NCBI GenBank assembly: GCA_026770705.1
Contig: JANJGN010000035.1
Coordinates: 8,556,001 to 8,620,000 of the forward strand
Origin: Isurus oxyrinchus
Taxonomy: Eukaryota
DNA length: 64,000 nucleotides
Direction of reading: 5' to 3'
Shown here: positions 14,021-26,460 of the stretch, piece by piece
How positions within the stretch are numbered: position 1 is the stretch's first letter
How the letters are laid out: the number at the start of each line of letters is the position of its first letter
The notes under the pieces: model-generated
What the model saw: the letters and a program-made list of their open reading frames with translations, nothing else
Databases searched by the model: none
Told to the model about the DNA's origin: nothing
Made by a program: the position numbers and the translations under genes

Positions 14021-14164
14021 GGGTGACAGACTACCTGGCCACTGAGGTCTGCACATCTAAACACAAGAACTTTAATAACTTTGTGACATTTATTGATACA
14101 CCAGGTCTTGTGGATGGAGACATGAGCTACGAATTTGATGTTGATAGAGCACTCTTCTGGCTTG
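14021..14164 (+). pseudogene. GTPase exon C: (G)VTDYLATEVCTSKHKNFNNFVTFIDTPGLVDGDMSYEFDVDRALFWL(G), containing the G3 DTPG motif
   Basis: Acceptor ctcgtacag|, phase 1. DTPG motif and a Y.FD...W segment as in EHD/sarcalumenin. The expected phase-1 donor reads ttaacg instead of gtaacg. Confidence 0.9.
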
Positions 14165-14359
14165 TTAACGTATCAACCCACACAGTGGATAAATATAAAT
14201 CAAGGCATGACTTAAACAACAACACTGAATTCTTCAGGAGCCTTATGAAGGTTCTGTCAAAATAAATGGAAAAGTTGTTTACATTTGCAGGCCAATTGAG
14301 ATATTGAACGATAATTCTGAGTGTGTGAGGGAACATGAACATGCAGGGAGGAATTAATT

Positions 14360-14720
14360 GCAGGAGAAATTAATGCATGGAAGGATCTGGGGTATTAGCA
14401 TCGTTGCTAATCCAGCATTTGCTGCCCATCGTGAATTGTCTCTGACACAGTGGTTGTCAGCCACCCAAAGATGCCGTCCAAGTCATTCCTGTGTACCCCC
14501 AGTGCAGTTAGGAAGGGATTTTAAGAACGAACATGCAACTAATTTGTAGGCGAGAACATGTAGATCTGAGTCAGGATTGTATGTGATTTGCCGGGAAGTG
14601 GCCGATGGTAGTTCCTCAAAGCACTTATTGATGGGGGCGGGGAGGTGGAGCCTGAGGGGAAAAATACTGCAGCTTTCTCGATTCAAGAGAGTTGCTCTTT
14701 CCAGGTTCTGCTCCACGAGT
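14360..14720 (-). mobile_element. tRNA-type SINE, shark family, degenerate
   Basis: catcgttgctaatccagcatttgctgcccatc is the reverse complement of the shared LINE-B/SINE tail. Confidence 0.5.
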
Positions 14721-15124
14721 GTGGAGTGGCAGCTTGCACCAGGTCTGTGAAACACTTCGCTATATTTCACCCAGGTCAACGTTTATGAACTTTTTATTTT
14801 GCACTCAAAAAAGTGGAGACAAAACGTCCCTTTCAGGTAACATGCACGTAGAGGATTTCAATGTAAGGATATCAAGGGGCAGGATCATACTTCATTGGAA
14901 CCTCCCATATCATTAAGACCAGATTTACTAGCTCATTACATGCTGTTTGTGAGCTTTTAAATACGCAGGTGTTGTGAACCATAATTTCCTCAGTCTGACA
15001 AATTTCAGTTTGCTAATTAATTAGCGGTTTTCAGATATATATTGAAGACATGGTCTTAACCTACTTGATACATGCGAACACAATGTGCATTAACCAAATT
15101 TTCACTTATTTACTTGCCTTGCAG

Positions 15125-15285
15125 GAGAGCAGGCCGACCTAATCCTTGTCCGCTTTGACCCAATGAGACAGGCTCTGTGTAAACGAACTCTGAACATTGT
15201 TGAAAAGCTAAACGAAACACATGGCGACAAACTGAAGTTTTATCTTAACAAGGCCGATGAAGCTGGTCATGAGAGTGACAGTCAG
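15125..15285 (+). pseudogene. GTPase exon D: (G)EQADLILVRFDPMRQALCKRTLNIVEKLNETHGDKLKFYLNKADEAGHESDSQ, containing the G4 NKAD motif
   Basis: Acceptor tacttgccttgcag| and donor |gtaagg; 161 bp, phase 1 to phase 0; D-L-I-L-V-x-F-D-P and NKAD motifs. Not in the ORF track. Confidence 0.9.
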
Positions 15286-15532
15286 GTAAGGAGATCACTT
15301 TAGCACATCTGCAACTTATCTTCATTGGCGCATTTAGATTCCATAATGATGTTCAAGTTTTGTGATGAATTCGTAGTTCAGAGTTCATGTCCATATTTTG
15401 AATTTTGTTTAGCACTGGGAAGAAAGTTATTGAGAAGGCAAGGACAGTAAAATGCTAAGATTTAGTCATTGACAGCACACCATAGTGAAAATGGCAGTAC
15501 AGGCAGTTAAACAAGTTTCTTTAATAGAATGA

Positions 15533-16600
15533 TGTTAGGAGATATGGAAACATGAAGTAACATGTGGGCTAACTTATTTAGCAAACTGGAGGCTTGATAC
15601 CTACAATATTTTCAAAATACTGCAATCCAGAGAGCTGGTCTGTTAAAGAAGTTCGAAGTAACTTTAATTTGAATAATCAAGGAATCCTGAAAGCTTGTGT
15701 CAGCATGGCTGTGTAGAGCTGAAGACATTTCAATGGTTTCATTTTTTGTGCATTTGCTAGAAAAAAGGTTCTTGTTGCGATAGGAACCCCATCACAGGGA
15801 GGCCGAAGCGTTGCTAGCAGGTTCTTGGAAATTAGGGCTAAAAAAAAATGTTTTGAGGAGCTGGTAAGTTGGTGTTCAGTGATTTCTCTCATCCTGAGAA
15901 ATTTGGGGATGGAAATTGCTCTGGGAGCATTGAATAGCCACTTGTAAGTATATGGCTGTTTTTTTGAGAAAGTCGGGGCAACGCCAGATTTGTGAACCTA
16001 ACTGTTTATGCAGTAATTGCAATCATACCAATAATCTGTGGCACAAGTTTAGCTTTGCAAATCCCTTGGAAAACCAACTTAATTGAAGACATTGGAACAT
16101 CGGAAGATGAGCAATAGCTGTTGCAGACCAATTCGGAAAGGTACTTGAGAGAATCAGAAGCTTTACCTTCGAAATTGAAGATTGAGAGAGACAGTTGTTT
16201 AACGAGAGTGTCTTATGTGATGTAAAAGCTGACGTCTGGTTCCAAAACTCCTAAACCTGTTGGTCTAATTTTGTTGCATCTGCCATTTGGTGTGTAGTGA
16301 GCACTGCTCGACAACAGTTCTCCTGTAAATTCAAATTCACCTCATCTAACTTCTGAACATTAGACTAGACAATATATGAGTTAGGGTTTTTTTTTTTCTG
16401 TTTTCAAATTATGTTTACCAATCTATATGTTGGCAGTTTAAAACCATGGAATCTTTTGGCTTTATACTCCTAATGATTTACTGGGATTTGATTACTTTCT
16501 TGCTTACTTTTTTTGAAAGAATGCTGGCCCATCGAAATAAGAGAATCGTGCCCTGTGATCAGTGGTTTCAAATTAGCTGAGAGAAAACAGATGTGATACA
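15533..16600 (+). mobile_element. Possible solo LTR
   Basis: ~1.07 kb non-coding block from TGTTA to GATACA; GAATG occurs on both flanks but offset by one base, so the TSD is imperfect. Confidence 0.3.
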
Positions 16601-17249
16601 GAATGTATACAAATGCTCTTCATGGAATACAGAATAAGCTTGTTCTGGCATGTGTTCCATAAGGTTTACGTGATGATTAAGTGCATTACATCATTAGAAC
16701 GCACAGTACATACATTAAGCGAATGGTGGTTTCAAAGGCCAATTTTTCTAAGACTTTTTATTAAAAAGTAAGATAAATAGTTATTCAGATATCGTGATTT
16801 GTATTCATATTTCTTTAATATTTAAGAAAAAAGAATTCTCCAAGTGGAAAGGTGGGATTGGTAAAACATGTTGAGTTTATTACACTTATAGAAATGCAGG
16901 TCAATGAGGTCACAGTTTAGGACTGAGCTTTCAAATCTGATGATATTAAAATTAATCCAACAAACTGCATAAATTAATACAATATTATCTGATAACAATT
17001 TAACGGAGGAGGATATATTACAGTGATTTTTACTGTTGTTAAGATGCACATGGTATTATGATTTGGAGAACGTATTTGTTGGGGCTAACCAACATACTTT
17101 AACCAAATAAAATCCAAAACAATTATTGGTTATGCACACCACTATGCTAGACGTTCCTATTAAAATATCATCTGTTAACAAAGTATTTGATTCAGTGAAT
17201 TATATGTGATTTGTCATACCAATAAAGACATCTTTACAGCACTTTGACC

Positions 17250-17540
17250 TTGAGTTTGTGGCATGGTAAAAGTCCCACTTCTAGAGAATTGATTCAAAAT
17301 TTCATACCGCTACAATTTTACATACTATAATTGAATACAATGTCAAAAACATCACCTGCTCTTCAGTACCTCTCAGGTTCTCGACTGTTAATGTAATTTC
17401 TTGTTGAATTGGCAATAACTGAAATTGCAGGGAAGAGAGAGTTCCCAAAATAATCCTTTAACCTTGCACACAATCAATGGACCATAGTATCTGTGCAGTA
17501 GCAATCAGAGTCATATTACCAATCCGTTCCTTGTTACCAC
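17250..17540 (+). mobile_element. Degenerate Deu-domain-type SINE (SacSINE1-like) fragment
   Basis: ctctcaggt...gcagggaagagagagttccc pattern recalled from this SINE class; related tail-like pieces near 14920-15050 and 56100-56220. Confidence 0.35.
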
Positions 17541-17579
17541 ACCTCCACACACCCACCCCCACCACTTCTTCCCAACTGA

Positions 17580-18150
17580 ACTCCTGGCTGAGGCCGTGTG
17601 AGCAACACCTGCGGTCTGTCCGCAAGAATGACCCAAACCTCCCTGTCGCTTGCCATTTTAACACTCCACCCCGCTCTCTTGCCCACATGTCTGTCCTTGG
17701 CTTGCTGCATTGTTCCAGTGAAGCCCAACGCAAACTGGAAGAACAACAGCTCATCTTCCGACCAGGCACCTTACAACCTTCCGGACTGAATATTGAATTC
17801 ATCAACTTTAAATCGTGAGCTCCCTCCCGCAATCCCACCCCGTTTCTGTTTCCCCCTTCCTATTTTTTCCAATAAATTATAAAGATTTTCCTTTTCCCAA
17901 CTATTTCCATTCTAAAAAATAAAAAAACATCCCCAGTAGAGCTATACCTTGAGTGCCCTAACATCCATTCTTAATTAGCACATTCGTTTAGATAATATCA
18001 CCAACTTTAACTTTAACACCTATGTTTACTATTGTACCATTGTCGTTGACATCTTTTGATGATCTGCTTCTATCACTGCTTGTTTGTCCATACAACTACA
18101 CACCCCCCAAACTGCTGAGTTTTTCCAGGTAATTCTGGTTTTGTTGTGTG
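17580..18150 (+). mobile_element. Penelope-like element 3' end (GIY-YIG endonuclease C-terminus plus terminal repeat)
   Basis: EQHLRSVRKNDPNLPVACHFNTPPRSLAHMSVLGLLHCSSEAQRKLEEQQLIFRPGTLQPSGLNIEF is a typical PLE endonuclease C-terminus. Downstream sequence is shared with 56230-56550. Confidence 0.88.
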
Positions 18151-18744
18151 ACATAGAGACTCGTAATGAAATTCAGGAGGAGAACGGCAACAGTGATATT
18201 GAATCCTACGGTTCCTTAGTATCGGGAACTGGCGTGTAAATAGAACATTCCAAAAATGAAATTTTAGATCAGTGTATGTTTTATTCATAGTTTTGAAACA
18301 GGCATGCCATCATCAAGTTTAGTTTTAAAGAGACCTTTGATTGTATAAACTTATTTCTATCTTTTTAGGCGAAAGGCTTTTCAAATTTCTAGCCATTAGA
18401 CACATGTTGAACGCCAGATTTAAACTTAACCATAACGTCATGGTTGTGATTCTGCAAATCTGCCGCTACACAGCCAATGTGATTTTAGTTTGTGTTCAAG
18501 CAATCCAATGTCATATAATATTTCGAATTTCACACTATAGACAACATATAAGTTTCCATTTCTCCCTTAATTTTGTGAAACCTGAAGTGCTACGACTTTA
18601 CCATGAATTGCCAACAGTAGTTTGGGGGAAGGGTAAAAGTCATTTTAATTTACTGACCGATGTGAACACAGTAATCCTCAATATATCCTTTCGGTGATGT
18701 ACCTATGTTGTCTTATTTTATGTCCAATTCGTTTGGGCTGTCAG

Positions 18745-18890
18745 CCAATACAGTGTGTCAATCAGATCCAAGGTGTATGCACAGCTATAGAAAGGATGAT
18801 CAACCGCACTGTGCACAACAAGCTGAATCAGCTCGAGAATGATTGAGAATTGATCATCAAAACTACTATTTGCAAGCTCCAGGAGAACAG
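18745..18890 (+). pseudogene. GTPase exon E: PIQCVNQIQGVCTAIERMINRTVHNKLNQLEND*ELIIKTTICKLQEN(S), with in-frame TGA
   Basis: Acceptor ctgtcag| and donor ag|gtgaca; 146 bp, phase 0 to phase 2; CVNQI..VC..IE..IN.TV...LN.LE.D pattern; TGA at 18844-18846. Confidence 0.82.
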
Positions 18891-19549
18891 GTGACATTTT
18901 AGCATTTTCTGTATTCAGAAAGTGCATTATACATTGCAAAGTGTGATAATATCAAAAAGGTTGTGCAAAGTGGTAGCAGAAAATAAGACATGAAAAGTAA
19001 AGAGGGAAAAGCGACAGGCAGTCAGAACTCTTTCTTAAGCAAGGAAGCTATGAACCAAAATCTCCAACCAAGTGAAACATGTCACATTATGCTCGTTATT
19101 TTGCATTTCACTTGAAGCAGAGTCTTAGGAGAAGCAGTAGGTGAGTCCTTAACCTCATATTTAATAGCTTCTGACTTTTATATAAGCCATGGTTAAGGTG
19201 ATATTGAGCTGAATTGAGACTTTCCGTGATGTTTTTGAGTGATTTAGCAATGGGAATTGCTTTTAATGTGGATGCCCAAGTTTAAGGATTCTCGTGTTGG
19301 CGATTGTTATTGTCTTGCACTTGTCTGCTTCGAAAGTCTATTATTAGTTTTCAATCAAAGGTGGAATATTGCCCAGGCCTTCTTGAAATTAAACAAAACA
19401 AGTACTTCTCTCCCTTCAGAGTCCGGATTAGCAATGAACTGTGACATCATGAGAAACCATCCGCATTTCTAGCCGTATTATGGAGAAATTATTGTTGACG
19501 AAACAACTGAAGATGTTTTGATCTCGAAAAGCTATTTAATGAAATGCTA

Positions 19550-20300
19550 CAGCCATTGAATGGAGCTGGAATGTGCGAATCAGACAAGTATCTCCATTTC
19601 CCCTTCTGTTCGCTACAAAACTAGTCAGCACATGAATCCTTTCAGGCGATTCCCTGATCTCCATTTAATTTACCTGTATCAGAGCTGCTTCATGCCAAAC
19701 ACGGTGAAATGCTCACCTACCCTCCCCCACCATCGCACAACCATTGACACGCCCTTTTGATGTCAAGAGATTTCAGTCGCATTTCACACCTTGAATTCTG
19801 TTCCTTTTTTTTATGTATGCAATTTGGTTGCAACGAAGTCAGAATTCGATTGACCCTGATGGAGCCCAAACACAGAACAGTTTGATGTTGTCTAAATGCT
19901 GTATGATAGCAATTCAATCGATCTCTCGTATGACAGTGCTGATGATGGGGAACAGTGCGCTCGGGCGTAAATTATCCAGGTTGATTTTGTCCCGGTTTCC
20001 ACGGAGAGATCACACTGGAGAAATGTTTTGCCAAACTGTCGGCTGCATGCCAGTGTTGTAGCTTGTGCAGGACCACCAACTCAGTTTTGGAGCAGAAGTA
20101 TCCAAGGTAAAGGCTGCTATGATTTTGAATGCATGTGTCTGCATCATCCAGCCCATTCATCCCGGGGCTGACAACACGTGCAATAAATCAATTTAGCTGA
20201 ACACAGACATTTGTGAATGTCAGTCTCAGGTGGATATCGAGGTAGGTCTTGAACCCGATGCATCTGGCTTATGATGGCTGAAATACTTTGAGCCTCTTTT
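19550..20300 (-). mobile_element. CR1-group LINE family B fragment
   Basis: atgccagtgttgtagctt and ttttgtcccggtttcc match the family-B copies at 10500-10560 and 24420. Confidence 0.65.
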
Positions 20301-20539
20301 TATTCCACCGACGTTTTGTGTTGCTCCATCATTCACGGTGGCAGGATTTTTATGCCCACACAACCCCCCCCCACACACCCCCCCACCCCGTGCAAAATCA
20401 CCCGCTTCCTTCAGTTAGAAATTTAATTGACCATCACAATTCATAACTGGATGTGACACGACTCAATATTTTTGAGCTGATACGATCCTTCTGGTATTAC
20501 ATATTGCAGTTATTCTTTCTTGGATAACTGAGCAACTGG

Positions 20540-20880
20540 TACGTGGTGACCTAGTGATATTGTCACTAGGCTGGTATTCCAAGGAAGGGGGGTTGAATCC
20601 CATCAAGACAGATTGTGCAAGTTGTATTCATTAAAAATGTGGAAGTAAATGTCTGAAATGATGTTGAAAACATTTTTGATTGTCACTTAAACTCAGGTGG
20701 TTCACTTATGTTCTAGAAGGAAGGAAATAGGCCACCTGTACGTGGCCTAACCTGCACATGACACCAGATCAACAGTAAATAATCTTAAATGCCCCCTGGA
20801 CATGGCAATTTGGGATGGGCAATAAATGCATTCCTAGTTAGCGACACCCACGTCTCATGACATAACAAAAAAAAAAAACA
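20540..20880 (+). mobile_element. tRNA-type SINE with LINE-B-derived 3' tail and poly(A)
   Basis: A-box-like GTGGTGACCTAGTGA and B-box-like GGTTGAATCCC; tail gggatgggcaataaatgc...gcgacacccac followed by an A run. Confidence 0.75.
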
Positions 20881-21779
20881 TTTTTTGTTTAGCCACATTT
20901 ACATTGCCATTTAACCAAGAACATTCCTTGTCGTTATGTTAATTATTGAGCGAAGAATATACACCCTGATAAGATTACACATTGTGGGATTAAACTTATC
21001 TTCCAGTCATGAACCACTGGGCTTCAAAAATACCAAGGATACAATTGCTAGATCTGTTGTAAATCGAACCAATTAAGGTCATTGTTAAATTCATGGATGC
21101 TGGTAGTTTAATCATGTACACGTCGAGGAGCTTTTTGCCCTCTTGCTCTTCCCTTCATACCTGCTAGAAGCAGAATCCAACAAATGTGCCCTTCATGAGT
21201 TGTCCAGCACAATCAGTAGTCCTGGATTCGCAATATCATTTGTATTAGATATTGATCTCCCCTGTCCTAAACACAGTAAGTGCCTCTGATGTCAGCAGCG
21301 CTTTTGTCTGTCATATATATGGCCTGGTGCCGTTAGACTTCATGGGATCAGGATGCAACTTTGAGGATACCAAGCGACATTCCTTCAGAAAAAATGAACT
21401 TCTGCGGCATCACCTTTGTCCGTTATGCCCTGAACGATAGACAAGCATGATAATGAATGTAACATGGCTCTCAAAGGGATTCAACGAGCATGACTAAATG
21501 AATCCAGTCATTAATTTCCCGATGACAGCTTTGTCCAGCATTGACCTGAAAATTATTCCTGCTTTAGTTCCTCTTGTCGATCGTTGCCACATAGATGATC
21601 GGCCTTGATTTTTTATTCATTTTCCCCCGACATTTCCGCGCAATTCAAGGGTAAGTAAGAGACAACTGCGTTGTACACATGTCCAAAGTCACATTTAATG
21701 AAATGGAGGCAGATTTCCTACCTGATCGAAATCAAGGATTTTATTAAACATTTATGAGAATTTTGCACTTGCAAACACA

Positions 21780-22630
21780 GAAATATAGAAACTAGGAGGA
21801 AGAGCAGGCCATTTACAACTTTCAGCCTGCTCCGCCAATCATTATGATCATGAATGATCATCGAACTCAATAGCCTGCTCCCGCTTTCTTCCCGTAACCT
21901 TTGATCCCTTTCACCCTAGAGCTTTATCTAACTCCTTCTTGAAAACAAACAATGTTTCAGTGCCAAGTACTTTCTGTGGCAATGAATTCCACAGTCTCAC
22001 CACTCTGTGAGTGAAGTAATGTCTCCTCATCTCAGTCCAAACGGTCTACTGCGTATCGTCAGACTGTGATCCCTGGTTCTGCACTCACCCACCATCTGTA
22101 AAATTCTTACTGCATCTACCCTGCCTAGTACTGTTAGAATTTTATAGGTTTCTGTTAGATCCCCCTTAATTCTTTTGAACTCCAGCGAATAAATTTTACT
22201 CTACTCAATCTCTCCTCACCATCCCAGGAATTAGCCACGTAAACACTAGCTGCACTTCCTATATAGCAAACAAACCCCTGCTAATCTAAAGACATGAAAA
22301 CTGCACACACTAATCCTGGCGGTCTCAAAAAGGCTCGGTAGAATTAATATAAGGCACCCCGGCACCTGTCCTTGAAACATCTGGCTATGAATGCCCACAT
22401 ACAATTTCCATTATTTACAGCCTACTTCATCCCCAGGCTTACCATCAGCAACTTTTGTACAAGGACAACGAAGTATCGTTGCACTTTTCCCTGTCTCAAC
22501 TGTAGCCATTCAGATAATAATCTGACTCTTTCTTTGCTACCAAAGTGGAAAACCTCACATTTATCCATATTATACTGCATATGCCTTGCATTTGTGCACT
22601 CACTCAGCTTGTCCAAATCACACTGACATG
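21780..22630 (-). mobile_element. CR1 LINE (family A) 3' fragment
   Basis: Minus-strand DKLSECTNARHMQYNMDKCEVFHFG motif; CR1 3' UTR near 21785. Confidence 0.88.
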
Positions 22631-23159
22631 CTCACAAATATCTATGATGGACCTTTAACTCTTAGAGTGTAACCCCATGCGGTATGGGCTTCTGGCCTCG
22701 CGTCGGTCACACGCACATACTGTTGCATTACCTCCGCCCCGACCACGGACACCACCATTCTGAAAGGAATGTCGACATCCAATGCCGGGCTCCGACCCCC
22801 CATTAACCTTTGCAGTCCTCCGAATTACCGGATCCACGATCCGGACACAAACAACCAGACCTGCAAACCTCCCACCTCTGACTCTGATCACGATCCTGAA
22901 CTTCGTGAAATGACTAACTGGACATCCCTAAGCTCTGAAAACCACCGCACAACAACCACATAGATCCCGTGCTCCCACCTCTGTACCACCCTGCCCGCCC
23001 CCATGAACTGGCATGAGTCAGTTTTGATTCTTAATGGGGCCGCGTACAGCTGGCAGTATCAGCTGAGCACTAAAGGAATTTTGAAGGAAAGGAAGTGTGG
23101 ACCAGATGGCATATAGCATTCCAAAAAAAACTTCCTTCATGTTTCGCTGACTGAAACAG

Positions 23160-25740
23160 CATTCATTGTGCATCCCTAGCTGTCAAGCAGAAGGTGGTGG
23201 TGAGATGACTTCTAGAACCGCTGCAACCCATGAGCTTTAGGTGCACGTATAGTTTTGTGAGGAAAATATTTCCAGTATTTTGTCCCAGTGACAGTGAAAT
23301 GATGGCTATATAATTCCCACTCAAGATGCTGAGCGACATGGAGGGGAACATCCAGCTCGAGCTGTTCCCAACTACGTTATTTCCTTGCTCTTCTAGATGG
23401 TAGTGGTCGTGAGTTTGAAACGTGTTGTCGAATGAGCCATGTTGATTTTCTGCAGTGTATCTTAGAGATGGTACACACTGCTGCTGCTGTGCGTCGGTGT
23501 TCGAGGGAGTATTTTTTTAATATTTGTGCCAATCATTCTAGATGGTGGGCAGTCTATTTTGAGAGATGAGGTTGTTTACTGTTGCATGATTCCTAACATC
23601 TGACCTTCTCTTGCAGTGAAAATATTTATCGGGCTATTCATGTTCAGTTTCCCGTCAATGCTAACCTCCAGGAAGTTGATAGTGCGGGATTCCTTCAAGG
23701 TAATACAAATGAGTATCAATGCATTGTGGTTATATTCAGTTTTTTGGAGATGGTCATTGCCTGGAACTTCTGTCACGCGAACGTTGCACGAATATTGTCT
23801 ATCCAAGCCTGGATATTGTTCAAGAATTGCTGCATGTCGTCATGGACTGTTTCCTAGGTAAGAAAATGAGAATCACGTTGAGTATAGTGCAATTATCAAT
23901 GACATCTTCATTTCTGACGCTACGATGGAAAGAACGTAATTGATGAAGCAGCTGCAGATATTTGGGCCCAGGACACTACCCTGAGGAAACTCTGCAGTGA
24001 TGTCTTGCTGCTGAGATGACTGACTTCCAACCTGCACAAACGCTTTCCATTATGCTAGGTATGACTCCAACAAGCCGAGATTTCACCCTTCTGATTTCCG
24101 TTGGCTCTAGATTTGCCCGGGCCCCAATGACGCCACACTCGGTCAAATGTTGCATTTGTATTAACGGCATTAACTCTCAGCTCGCATCGGCAGTTCAGTG
24201 ATTTGTCTCTGTTTGAACAAAGGCTGTAATTAGGTCAGGACCTGAGTCGCCCTGACAGAATCCAGATGAGACATCAGTAAGCAGGTTTTGGCTAAGCAAA
24301 TGCCGCTTGAGAGCAGTGCTGATGACCCTCCCATTACTTTGCTGATGATCTAGAGATGCTGGTAATTGCCTGGGTTCGATTTGTCCAGACTTTTCTGTAC
24401 ACAATTGTGCACATTGCCCGGTGGATGCCAGTGTTGTAGCTGTACAGGGTAGCTTGGCTGGGGGCGTGGCAAGTTCTGGAGTACATCTCGTCAATATTAT
24501 TATTGGAATGTGTTCAGGGCCCATTGCCCTCAGCTGTTTCTTGATATGACTTGGGGTAAACTTAATCCACTGAAGACTGGCATATGTGATTTGGGGCACA
24601 TCTGGAGGACAAAGAAATGCTTCATCGACTCAGCACTCCTGCCTATAAATTGTAGCAAATAATTCAGCCTAATCCCTTGCACTGATGTGCTGGACCCCTC
24701 CATCATTGAGGATGCTGCTAATTGTGGATCCTATACTCCATTGCGTTGTTTGCTTCTCATTCACCAATCAAGTTTGGACGTGCCAGAACAACAGAGCTTT
24801 CATCTGATTTGTTGTTTGTGGCATCGCTTAGCTCTCCCTATCACTTTCTGCTCTTGCTGTTTCGCACGCATGTGGAGCTGTGATTTAGCTCCAGCAGTTT
24901 GATGCCACATTTTTAGGTACGCATGGTGCTATTCCTGTCATTGCCTCCTGCATTATTTCCTGAACGAGCTCTGATTTCCCCGCTTGAAGATAATGGTGCA
25001 ACGTGGGATACATCGTGCCATGAGGTTACAGATTGTGTTCAGGTACAATTTTGTTGCTGCGGAATGCTGAAAGCACCTCACGTATAACGGGTGACTTGAC
25101 TGGCCTGTTCGAAATCTATCCCATTTGGCACGGTGGTAAGGCCACAAAACATGATGGAGTGTTATCCCCAATGTGCATGCTTGAAATTGTCCTCACAACG
25201 CGCTGGGGTCATTTCTAACGATACTGTCATGGACAGATGCGTCTGCAACAGGCAGATTGCTGAGAATGACGGCAAGTTTGCATTTCCCTCATCACCTTTC
25301 GCACACCGAATCTTACTTTTAGGACTCGTCAAGCTCTGTCAGCATTGGTGAACAGAGCCACCCAGAATACATCTGTGCCCATGTCACCCTCGCTGCTTAC
25401 TGCAGGTGGCGTTCAGCATGTAGATGTACTGATTTATTAACTGATGGAGGGTGGTACATAGTAATCAGCAGGATGTTACAATTGCCCATGCTTGACTTTG
25501 TGCCATGAAACTTGATGGGGTCGAGCGTCGAGGTTTTGCACACCCAGGGAATCTCCCTAGTGCATGTGTGCGACTGTGCCACCATCTCTGCTGGGCCTCT
25601 CCTTATGGTGGGACAGGACATGCTCAGGGATGGTGATGGTGTCTCCTGGGACGTAATATGTAATCTCTGATTCCATGAGGGCCCCTATGTCAGGTTGTTG
25701 ACTGATTATGGTTTGAGAGTGCACGCAGAATTTTGGCACC
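23160..25740 (-). mobile_element. CR1-group LINE family B, near-complete degenerate ORF2
   Basis: Endonuclease start (ISQQPDI..LMES..T...P..TITIP..VLSH..RPSRDGGTV), LWPYHRAKWDRFRT, and FTPSHIKKQLRAMGPEHIP motifs. Confidence 0.88.
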
Positions 25741-25899
25741 TGGCTGAGACTCTGCCATCAGCTGCAGTTGAGAAAGCCGCCCAGTCAAGTTTGTCATTAA
25801 AAAAGCAAGTTTCACACCGGAAGTGATTCACACCTTAAAGGCGCATTATTGCCCTCTGCACATTTGTTAATTTTCTCAATAAGCATTTAAAAGGACACT

Positions 25900-26460
25900 T
25901 AAATGACGTGGACGAGTTCATGATTTTTTTTTTACCAATCAGGCCATGGTATTAACTAAAGTAAGCGTGATGACACCTGGAGCGCCACCCGACGTCATCT
26001 CGCCCTTCAATCATAAGGACAGAAAAGGGGACGATCGCTAATGATTGTGAAATTCTGAGCTCCATTCACGACTTCTCTGATACTGAAACAGCCAATTTCG
26101 AATTCCTGCAAGGACTGAACTATTTCCAGCCCAGATTGAAAAGTTGCAAGTAACTTTAGAGTCACACAAATGTCAGGCAATGTCCATCTCCAAAAAGGAA
26201 GAATCTATCCATCAGTCCTTGATATTCAATGGCAGTTCTAATGCTGAATCTACGAACTATCAGCATCCTGGGTGTTACCATTGACCACAAACTGTTCTGC
26301 ACGTTCCATTGAAATATAATGGTCACAAGTGAACGTTAGAAGCTAAGGATGCTGCGACGAGTAAATCACCTCAACATCTTCTACATGGCAAATGTCAGGA
26401 TTGTGATGGAATGTGCTCTGCTTCTTTAGATGAGTACAGCTCCAAAAACGAGTCAATGAA
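25900..26460 (+). mobile_element. CR1-group LINE family B fragment
   Basis: ILGVTIDHKL and aatgtcaggattgtgatggaa motifs. Confidence 0.7.
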
